Of a DNA stretch of 64,000 nucleotides, positions 54,531-62,308 are shown one piece after another (position 1 is the stretch's first letter; each line of letters starts with the position of its first letter). Under the pieces are notes generated by a model. That model did not search any database. It was not told the origin of the DNA and saw nothing but the letters and a program-made list of their open reading frames with translations. The position numbers and the translations under genes are program-made. The DNA comes from Gammaproteobacteria bacterium (GTDB lineage Bacteria > Pseudomonadota > Gammaproteobacteria > Steroidobacterales > PWYM01). Location of the stretch: contig SKYU01000003.1 in assembly GCA_007127715.1 (NCBI GenBank), forward strand, positions 2,507 through 66,506. The letters run 5' to 3'.

Positions 54531-57306
54531 GGGTCTCTCCCTGTTCGGCCTTGGCGTATCGTCCGGGCATCAGTTCAGCGAGCTGCGAGAAGCTGGCCGC
54601 GATCCAGCGGTCGTAGAGCCCGTCGACGGTGCGTTGCGCGTTGCGTTCATGAATCGCGATGGCCTGCTCCTCGAACGGGAAGGCCTGCTCCTCGAGCAGC
54701 ATCTCGTACTGATCCAGCGCCAGCGCGTCGAGCTCGGCCGGACGGGGCGAGGCCATCAGCGCACGGGCCAGGCCGTGATAGAGCTCCGCGGTGGCGAAGG
54801 TGGCCGCGGTCACCACCTCGTCCACGGCATAGGCTGCAGCCATGGCGTAGCCCTCGAGCGCGGTTTCCATGCGCCGACGCTTGAGCCGCAGGCTGTCGGT
54901 GAGCGGCACGACCAGCATCGTGGCGTGGAAGGCCGCGGCATCCACGTCGGCAAGGCGCAGGGCTGCACGCGCGGCCAGAGTGCGGGTACGCGGCGTGACC
55001 GGCCCAGCCGACTCGAAGCTCACCAGCCGGCGCGAGCGCTCCAGCGCACCGGCCTCGTCGCCGCGAGCGTCGGCGAGGTCGATCAGCTGTTGATGGGCTT
55101 CGACCGCCTCGTCGAAAGCCTGGGCATGATCGCGGGTGATCTGGACCAGCACAGCCTCGGTGGCAGCGGTCTGGCCCGCCTGCTCCAGCAGCTCCGCCGC
55201 ACGCCACAGCAGGCCCCGCTGCTCCTCATTGTTCGGCAGGCGCGCAGCCATGCGACGGTACTCCGCCGCTGCTGCACCCGGGTTGTCCAGGGCCTCGTAG
55301 GCGCTCGCGAGATTGATCTCCACCTGCGAGGCCAGCGCATGGTCCGGATAGCGATCGCGGAAGCCAACAAGCACATCGACGGCCGCGTTCCAGTCACCGG
55401 CGGAAAGATAGGCGATACCCGCATCGAACTCCGCCACCGGTCGGATCCCCGCCTCGGGGAGTCGCGCGCCAACCCGCAGAAAGTGGCCCGCTGCGACGAC
55501 ATACTCACCCCGCTCGCGTGCCGCCTCGCCCTGGCGGTAAATGCTGGCGGCGAGCCGCTCCTCCACTTCCATGCGGCCCGCAGCGTCGGCAGTATCGAGG
55601 AGCCCGTGGACCGCCCAGTACGCAGACTCCGCCTCGGCATGGGCCATCAGGTCGAACAGGACATGGCCCTGGATGCGCCAGGCCACCCGGGCCAGCGCCG
55701 CAGGCGGCGATGGAACGCTGGCCGTCACCTCTCGGGCGAGACGCAATGCCAGCGGCGGATCATCGAGCGCAAAGGCCCGCTCGGCTGCGTCGGTCAGAAC
55801 GTCCAGTGCTTCGGGATGTTCGGAGAAGTTGCGGCTGAAGCGCTCGGCCGCCGCGATGCGTTCGAGCGCCACGGGACGTGGCGGCTCGGCCAGCGCTGCG
55901 GTCATCCTGTCGCGCGCCAGCAGCCCGGCGTAGGCCGCCTCCGCGCTGCGCGGATGGACCGGATAGCCGTAGGCAGTGGCATCGAACGCGCGGATCGCGC
56001 CATCGACATCCCCCGCCTCGAGCAGCAGCTCTGCAAACAGGAAGTGGTGTGTCGGCGCGGCCTCGTCGTCCGGGAAATATTCCAGCAGCAGTCCATACCA
56101 GTGGATGGCCTCCCCGAGCGCGCCGGGCGGCGGCTCGGGCAGCTGGGACTGCGCATGGGCATGCTGGGCAAGCGTGGTCAACGCGCTGCCAAGCGCGGCC
56201 ACCGTCTCGGGCTGGTCGACTGGTCGATGATCCCGCCAGTACTCCGTCGCCAGCCCGAAGCGCTCGACGAAATCCTCCTTGGCCGTCAGCAGGAGGCCCG
56301 CAAACCCGCCGCGGCGCAGGGCCGCCATGCCCTCGAGCGCTAGCGCCGGCGCCTCCGCATGCACAGGGTCCCAGGTCACGAAGGCGCTCATCACTGCCGC
56401 CGTGTCGGTGTAGCGCTCCTGCTCGAGATACAGCGCCCCCAGCGACCGATGGGTCTCTGCGGCCCAGGCTGCGCGCGCCGGCTGCTCCGCGAGCAGGGCA
56501 TGAAGCGTATCGATGCCTTCCAGACCTGCCAGCGACAGGGCCATGACGCGCAGCACGTCCTCCAGCAACTCGCGCTGTTGACGCCCCAGGGCATCGAGTC
56601 CGTCGATCCCGGCATGGCTGCGCGACACCAGCAGGTCGAAGAAGGCCTGGAGGGTCTCGGGCAGCAGGCCCTGCTTGAACAGGGCCCAGCCGTGTTTGTA
56701 GGCCGCCTGTACCACGAAGTCACTGGCCGGGCGGGTATCGAGCACGGCCGCGTAAGCCTGCTCCGCCTCGCGGTAGCGTCCGCGCGAGAACAGCAGTTCA
56801 CCCCGACGGAACTGCACCTCGTCGGCCAACGCCGAGTCGGGATGCCGGGCGATCAGGTCGTCCAGCGTTGCCAGCGCCGCCATGCGATCGCCACCCAGCT
56901 CCTGCGCGCGGGCCAGCTGGTAGCGGACCAGATCGTTGTCCGGATGCGAGGGGAAGCGCGCGAGCCGCTCCTCGTACAGGGCGATCGCCTCGGCGTGGCC
57001 TTCGCCATCGAGTGCTTCGCTCAGCAGGCCGAGCGCCGCCTCCTCCTCGAGCTCGAGTGCGAGGTCGCCGAGCCGACGCAGGGCCTCGGCAGTCATCGCC
57101 TCATCACCCTCACCCAGCGCCAGGAACCGCCTGTACTGCTCGCGAGCCGCCTCGCCCGCCTCAGGCAGCGGCTGATCCTCACGAATCTCCACCGCCGGCG
57201 CCTCGAGCGATCGCAGCGTCGGCTCGGCCCGGCGTTCCTCGCCACCGCGCCCGAACGGCCACAGCGACGCGGCGATCACCACCACGGCGAGGGCGGGCGC
57301 GCTCAT
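54511..57306 (-). CDS. Large periplasmic TPR-repeat protein (931 aa)
   Basis: N-terminal signal/anchor MSAPALAVVVIAASLW. TPR-like helical repeats run throughout (YQLARAQELGGDRMAALATLDDLIARHPDS and similar). The start overlaps the upstream stop (ATGA). Confidence 0.85.
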   Translation of the reverse strand: MSAPALAVVVIAASLWPFGRGGEERRAEPTLRSLEAPAVEIREDQPLPEAGEAAREQYRRFLALGEGDEAMTAEALRRLGDLALELEEEAALGLLSEALDGEGHAEAIALYEERLARFPSHPDNDLVRYQLARAQELGGDRMAALATLDDLIARHPDSALADEVQFRRGELLFSRGRYREAEQAYAAVLDTRPASDFVVQAAYKHGWALFKQGLLPETLQAFFDLLVSRSHAGIDGLDALGRQQRELLEDVLRVMALSLAGLEGIDTLHALLAEQPARAAWAAETHRSLGALYLEQERYTDTAAVMSAFVTWDPVHAEAPALALEGMAALRRGGFAGLLLTAKEDFVERFGLATEYWRDHRPVDQPETVAALGSALTTLAQHAHAQSQLPEPPPGALGEAIHWYGLLLEYFPDDEAAPTHHFLFAELLLEAGDVDGAIRAFDATAYGYPVHPRSAEAAYAGLLARDRMTAALAEPPRPVALERIAAAERFSRNFSEHPEALDVLTDAAERAFALDDPPLALRLAREVTASVPSPPAALARVAWRIQGHVLFDLMAHAEAESAYWAVHGLLDTADAAGRMEVEERLAASIYRQGEAARERGEYVVAAGHFLRVGARLPEAGIRPVAEFDAGIAYLSAGDWNAAVDVLVGFRDRYPDHALASQVEINLASAYEALDNPGAAAAEYRRMAARLPNNEEQRGLLWRAAELLEQAGQTAATEAVLVQITRDHAQAFDEAVEAHQQLIDLADARGDEAGALERSRRLVSFESAGPVTPRTRTLAARAALRLADVDAAAFHATMLVVPLTDSLRLKRRRMETALEGYAMAAAYAVDEVVTAATFATAELYHGLARALMASPRPAELDALALDQYEMLLEEQAFPFEEQAIAIHERNAQRTVDGLYDRWIAASFSQLAELMPGRYAKAEQGETHVARLY

Positions 57307-59168
57307 GGTGAGGCCCCCGAGCCGGTCGCGGCCACCTCGCCTGCGGCCGCGCGATCATAGATCCGGGCCAGCGCGAAGCGTGCCTGTACCTGGTGGCTGC
57401 GCAGGCGCGAGGCCTGACGCTCCAGACTGTCGACCGCGAGATTCTCGAGATGTGTGCGCTGGCGAACGCTGGCGGCATCCACCTGCATCAGCAGACCGGC
57501 CACCCGAGGACCGAGCGCGGCGATCCGCCGGGCCTGGTCTTCGAAGCGTGCCTCGGCGCCCTCTCGCAGGGCCTCGATACGCGCCTCGCGGGCAGCCATC
57601 TCGGCGAGCACCGGCTGCAGATCACGCAGCTCGCGGGTGTGCTGCCAGTGCCGCGCAGGAAACTCGGCATTGAGCTGCCACAGCAGGACTCCGCGCAGTA
57701 CCCGCTCCCGCACCGCCAGCTCGGCGACCTCGGGATCGGCAGGATCGAGAGGCCGAAGGCGCAGGGCCACCTCATCCAGTTCCGCGAGCTGCTGGAGTTC
57801 GTCGCGTCGGGCCAGGGCGAGGGTGTCGCGTTCCGCTGCGGCCCGGATCAGCGCGGCGGAGAGCTTTTCGCTGCGATCCTGCAGGCCAGCAACGTCGCTG
57901 CGGGCCATCAGCGCCTCGGCCCTCGGCGCGCGCGACTGCCAGGCCAGCTGCTGGGTGGTGACCATGTCGGCGAAAGCGCCGAGGCTTCCGGCCCAGTCCT
58001 GGAGCACACCGCGCACGAAGGCGAGATCGCGGGCGTTCTTGAGGCCTTCCTGGAATTCGTGTGTCGCGATCACCTCGGCCAGGTAGCGGGTCTCGAGCCG
58101 GTCGGGCAGCGCATCGAGTTGCCAGTGCCACCCCAGCTGATCGCGATCATCCATGGCGAGCAGCGCGGGCACCATCGCCCCGTCGCGGATCGCGGTGATC
58201 GCGGTCTCGATCCGCCCCAGTTCAGTCTCGAGAGTGTCAATCGCATCGATATAGGCTTCAGCCGCCTGACCGTACGCGGACAGGCTGGCGAAGGCGTGCG
58301 GGACCGCGAGCAGTGATTCCTGCACGGCGGGATCTAGCAGGTCGCGCTCACGCAGGGTCAGCCAGGGCGTGAGCGATTCGCGGTGCCGCCCCATCGCCGA
58401 CTCGGCCCAGCCGAAACCCAGCAGTGCCTCGCTGGCATGCGGACCATGCAGGCGCACGCGCTCGAGTGCAGCGCGGGCCTCCGCGGGTCGGCCGTACTCC
58501 AGCAGGCTGAAACCGAGTGCCACGTTGGCGCGATCGGCCAGCGCACGCAACTCCGGCGTGCGACCAGTCCGCCCACCCAGTCGATCCAGCGTCTGCACGC
58601 CTTCATCGAAGCGACCCTGACGGATGAGCGCCACGCCCTGGTTGTAGTGCGCGTACGCGCGCCAGTCGGCCGGACCGTCCCAACGGGCGAGACGCTCGGA
58701 GGCCTGACCGTACTGCCCGAGCGCCATCAGCAGCTGTGCCTCGAGCATCTGCCGCTCGGCCTCGCGCCCCCGGGGCAGAGCGTCACCGATGCGCGCCAGC
58801 GCCGTCTGCGCCTGGGCCAGTGCACCACGCTGCCAGGACAGCCGCGCCAGCTCAAGCCACGCACGATCGCGCACCTCCGGGCTACGGGTCCGCTCGAGCA
58901 ACGTTGCGAAAATACGTGCGGCCTCGCGGTGCTGTCCCCAGTCGAGCAGCATGCCACCCAGCAGCAGTTCGGATTCCTCGTCGTGAATCTCGATATGCCC
59001 CGCCATGCGCCCGGCCTCGATGCGCGTGATCGCCTCGAAGGGCTGGCCGAGGTAGAAATGGAACAGCACCTCGCCATAGTGCGGCTCCTGCACCACGGTC
59101 GTGTCCGCCCGCAGCGTGCCGGAAACCGCGGCGAGCAGCAGCACGGCGATGCGTGCGACGGGTCTCAA
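57303..59168 (-). CDS. TPR (N-terminal half) plus coiled-coil (C-terminal half) protein, secreted (621 aa)
   Basis: Signal peptide MRPVARIAVLLLAAVSGTLRA. TPRs run to about residue 330. After that come long heptad-like helices (ELQQLAELDEVALRL...). Confidence 0.85.
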   Translation of the reverse strand: MRPVARIAVLLLAAVSGTLRADTTVVQEPHYGEVLFHFYLGQPFEAITRIEAGRMAGHIEIHDEESELLLGGMLLDWGQHREAARIFATLLERTRSPEVRDRAWLELARLSWQRGALAQAQTALARIGDALPRGREAERQMLEAQLLMALGQYGQASERLARWDGPADWRAYAHYNQGVALIRQGRFDEGVQTLDRLGGRTGRTPELRALADRANVALGFSLLEYGRPAEARAALERVRLHGPHASEALLGFGWAESAMGRHRESLTPWLTLRERDLLDPAVQESLLAVPHAFASLSAYGQAAEAYIDAIDTLETELGRIETAITAIRDGAMVPALLAMDDRDQLGWHWQLDALPDRLETRYLAEVIATHEFQEGLKNARDLAFVRGVLQDWAGSLGAFADMVTTQQLAWQSRAPRAEALMARSDVAGLQDRSEKLSAALIRAAAERDTLALARRDELQQLAELDEVALRLRPLDPADPEVAELAVRERVLRGVLLWQLNAEFPARHWQHTRELRDLQPVLAEMAAREARIEALREGAEARFEDQARRIAALGPRVAGLLMQVDAASVRQRTHLENLAVDSLERQASRLRSHQVQARFALARIYDRAAAGEVAATGSGASP

Positions 59169-59172
59169 GCGC

Positions 59173-59745
59173 TCACTCCCACTTGCGCACGACGAACTCC
59201 GGCTGCAGTCGCCGCTCTACATCGCTGATGCGCAATTCGACGTACTTCGGACCGATACCCTTGGAGAACGTCAGCTCGGCGCCGCGACGATACTCGCGTC
59301 CGTGAGGGCCGATGCCGGTGAACACCGCCACCAGCTCATGGTCGCCGGAGCGGACGTTGCCCATGTAGAGGCGGTGAACCCCGCCACGCAGCAGCGCCTC
59401 GACCTCACGTTCCGTGTACAGATAGTTCGCAACCTCGCGGCCATTCAGCCGCAGGCTGACTGCATCCAGAGCGAAGAACTCACCGACGTCCATCGACACG
59501 AACACCGCTACCTGGGTGTTGGCCGGGAAGAGCAGCTCCTCCTCGAGGAGGAAGAGATCACGGTTGAGCGCCAGCACTTCCTGCTTGAGCGACTCGACGT
59601 CGCGGTCGATGGCCGCAAACTCCTCGGCGACCGCCAGGCTGGTCATGACCCAGCAGGCCACGATGGCCAAGCCGCCGGCAGTGCGACAACCGCGGGTTAC
59701 CGTCGGCTCGTCGCGACTACGCCTGGAAAAGAACACGGGGATCAT
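59173..59745 (-). CDS. Membrane-anchored/secreted protein of unknown function (coiled-coil plus beta-rich domain)
   Basis: Hydrophobic segment GGLAIVACWVMTSLAVA, coiled-coil DRDVESLKQEVLALNRDLFLLEEELL, then a beta-rich C-terminus. Gaps to both neighbours are 3-4 nt. Confidence 0.7.
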   Translation of the reverse strand: MIPVFFSRRSRDEPTVTRGCRTAGGLAIVACWVMTSLAVAEEFAAIDRDVESLKQEVLALNRDLFLLEEELLFPANTQVAVFVSMDVGEFFALDAVSLRLNGREVANYLYTEREVEALLRGGVHRLYMGNVRSGDHELVAVFTGIGPHGREYRRGAELTFSKGIGPKYVELRISDVERRLQPEFVVRKWE

Positions 59746-59748
59746 GGG

Positions 59749-60273
59749 CTACTCCTCCAGCAGATCGCGCACGAGGGCACGGTATTCACCGTCCCGCCCG
59801 GCGCGGTGATCGTTGTAGACGTGGCGGATGACACCTTCGCGGTCGATCATCACCAGGCGGGGAATGCCGCGGACGCCATAGCGGCGGGACACATGACGAC
59901 CATCGTCGCGCAGCACGGGAAACCCGATACCATGGCTGGCGATGAACTCGCGAGCCCGCTCGGGGTCGCTGTCGAAGTTGACGCTGAGCAGGGCCAGTCC
60001 GTTTCCGCCCAGCTCTTCGTGCAGCGCATCCAGCGCACTCATCTGGGCACGACACGGACCGCAGCGACTGGTCCAGAAATTGATCAACACCACCTGGCCG
60101 CGCAGCTCGGAGAGACGGTGGTTACGCCCATCGAACGCCTTGAGTGCGAAGTCGGGGGCTGCCTGGCCGGCCGGCGCGTCCGCAGCGCCGGCAGGCGACG
60201 CTCCAACCGCCAGGGCACCCAGCGCCATCAGCGCGAGGACCGTCGCACCCCATCTGTTTCGCTGCGTCGCCAT
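59749..60273 (-). CDS. Periplasmic TlpA-like thioredoxin-fold thiol:disulfide oxidoreductase
   Basis: Start at MATQRNRWGATVLALMALGALAVGASPAGA (signal peptide). Active site FWTSRCGPCRAQ (CxxC). First gene of the ten-gene operon. Confidence 0.85.
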   Translation of the reverse strand: MATQRNRWGATVLALMALGALAVGASPAGAADAPAGQAAPDFALKAFDGRNHRLSELRGQVVLINFWTSRCGPCRAQMSALDALHEELGGNGLALLSVNFDSDPERAREFIASHGIGFPVLRDDGRHVSRRYGVRGIPRLVMIDREGVIRHVYNDHRAGRDGEYRALVRDLLEE

Positions 60274-60536
60274 ACCTCGTCCGCCGTCATGGCCCGGGAC
60301 GGCCACCTGCGGACGACACGGAAACGCCGGGGCAGACTGCCCCCGTGCCGGCGATCCGGCGACTGGCATCCCCGCTGTCCTAGGCGCTGGCCCTTAGACC
60401 GGTGGTTTTGCGTCCCCGCCTTTCGACGGGTTTGCCTTTGTCAGAGGTTGACATGGTGCGGCCCGGCCGCCGTGGCGGCAGTGACCCTCGTCACAAGTTT
60501 CCCGCCCCCCGTTCGAAGCGGTCGATCCGGGAAGGG

Positions 60537-61523
60537 TCAGCGAGGCGCGGCCAGGCCACCGGACACGGCCATCCGGCCCTGGTGGTCGATCAGTACCGCC
60601 TCGTAGTCGGGCAGGCGCGCGATCAGCGCCATGCCCCGTTCGACCCCGAGCACGAACAGGGTGGTCGACAGCGCGTCGGTCAGGGTGGCGTCCGGTCCGA
60701 TGACGGTGGCGCTGCGCAGCGCACCGGCCGGCAAGCCACTGTCCGGATCGAGGATATGGTGAAACCGCACGCCGTCCTCCTCGAAATAGCGCTCGTAGTC
60801 ACCGGACGTCGAGACCGCTTCGTCCTGGAGAGGCAGGCGTACCACCACCCGCCCCGGATCGCGGGGGTCACGGATGCCGGTCCACCAGGGCTGCCCCCGC
60901 CGATCACCGATCACCCGGCTGTCACCACCGGCGTTGAGCAGGGCGTGGGCGACGCCGCGCGCCTGCAGAATCTCCGCGCCCCGCTCGACCGCGTAGCCCT
61001 TGCCGATACCCCCGAGATTCAGTCGTACCCCCTCGGCGAGGAAACGCACGCTGCGGGTCGCCTCGTCGAGCGCCACGAGCTGGTGGTTGAAGGTCTCCAG
61101 GGCGCCGGCGCGGGTGGCCTCGTCCGGACGCTCGCCCGCCCGGAAGTCGTAGTGCTGACCAACACTGTCGAAAGTGATGTCGAAGGCGCCGTCGCTCAGG
61201 CGGGACACCTCGAGCGCGCGGGTCAGCAGCCCGAACAGCTCGTCGCTGACCTGCACGGGCCCGGCATGCGCGTGACGGTTCACATGAGACAGTTCGCTGT
61301 CCTCTCGATAGGTGCTCATACGGGCGTTGATACGCTCGTATTCGGCCATCACCGCGCGCGCTGCCGCCTGACCTGCTTCGGCATCCTCGTGCCAGAGTTC
61401 CACCGAGACCGAGGTGCCCATCAGCGGGGCCTCGAGCCGATGCCATTCCGCCATCGCGGGCGCCACCATGGCGCAGGCGCTCGCCAGCGCAGCCAGCATG
61501 GCGCGAGCCGCCGTCGTTCCCAT
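60537..61523 (-). CDS. apbE: FAD:protein FMN transferase ApbE
   Basis: Start at MGTTAARAMLAALASACAMVAPAMA with a GGGAGG RBS. Contains MGTSVSVE, AFDIT, GGIGKGYA and TSGDYERYF blocks. Confidence 0.9.
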   Translation of the reverse strand: MGTTAARAMLAALASACAMVAPAMAEWHRLEAPLMGTSVSVELWHEDAEAGQAAARAVMAEYERINARMSTYREDSELSHVNRHAHAGPVQVSDELFGLLTRALEVSRLSDGAFDITFDSVGQHYDFRAGERPDEATRAGALETFNHQLVALDEATRSVRFLAEGVRLNLGGIGKGYAVERGAEILQARGVAHALLNAGGDSRVIGDRRGQPWWTGIRDPRDPGRVVVRLPLQDEAVSTSGDYERYFEEDGVRFHHILDPDSGLPAGALRSATVIGPDATLTDALSTTLFVLGVERGMALIARLPDYEAVLIDHQGRMAVSGGLAAPR

Positions 61524-61707
61524 GTCTGCAACCTCCCGGGTTCCACCGCAGTGATGGTGCCCTGCAAGAAAGTGAATCCTGCCGGCTCTGTCGCATGGTG
61601 CCTCTGACGCAGGTCGCAGAAATCCGCGGATGTACTGGCCGGCCCGGGCCGTGCGGCGTATTCTCCGCCTGGTCGCGGGTCCGCTCGCATCCCGGGGAGC
61701 AAGCAAG

Positions 61708-62295
61708 ATGGAAACCTGGATCATCATCGGTGTCCTCGTCGCGCTGGTGCTGTACGCAGTCACGATCTACAACCGACTGGTCAGCCTGCGTAACGGCGTC
61801 CGCAATGCCTTTGCCCAGATCGATGTACAGCTGACCCGTCGCTACGACCTCATCCCCAACCTGGTGGAGGCCGTGAAGGGTTACATGAAGCACGAGCGCG
61901 AGACGCTGGAGGCGGTCGTCCAGGCACGCAACCAGGCGGTGGCCGGGCTCAAGGGTGTGGAGGCCGACCCGGCCAATGCCGCCGCGATGCGTGACCTGGT
62001 AGGGGCCGAGGCCGCGCTGGGCGGCGCGCTGGGCCGACTGTTCGCGCTGGTCGAGGCCTATCCCGACCTGAAAGCCAGCCAGAACATGCAGAGCCTGCAG
62101 GAAGAACTCGCCACCACCGAAAACCGTGTCGCGTTCTCACGCCAGGCGTTCAACGACTCGGTCATGCGCTACAACGTCGCCACCCAACAGTTCCCGAGCA
62201 ACATCGTGGCCAATACGTTCGGCTTCAGCGAGGCAGCGTTCCTCGAGATCGAGGCGCCCGAGAAGCGCGAGGTCCCGAAGGTCTCGTTCAGCTGA
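61708..62295 (+). CDS. lemA: LemA family protein
   Basis: Start at METWIIIGVLVALVLYAVTIYNRLV. Contains QIDVQLTRRYDLIPNLVE...ENRVAFSRQAFNDSVMRYN. Confidence 0.92.
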   Translation: METWIIIGVLVALVLYAVTIYNRLVSLRNGVRNAFAQIDVQLTRRYDLIPNLVEAVKGYMKHERETLEAVVQARNQAVAGLKGVEADPANAAAMRDLVGAEAALGGALGRLFALVEAYPDLKASQNMQSLQEELATTENRVAFSRQAFNDSVMRYNVATQQFPSNIVANTFGFSEAAFLEIEAPEKREVPKVSFS

Positions 62296-62308
62296 GGCGT
62301 TCCAGGCG

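Noticed and set aside
54361-58316. Series of long plus-strand ORFs (660, 333 and 307 aa)
   Set aside because: They are antisense to the TPR genes. The minus-strand frames show signal peptides, TPR periodicity and ATGA coupling, whereas the plus-strand frames are Arg/Gly/Gln-rich without motifs.
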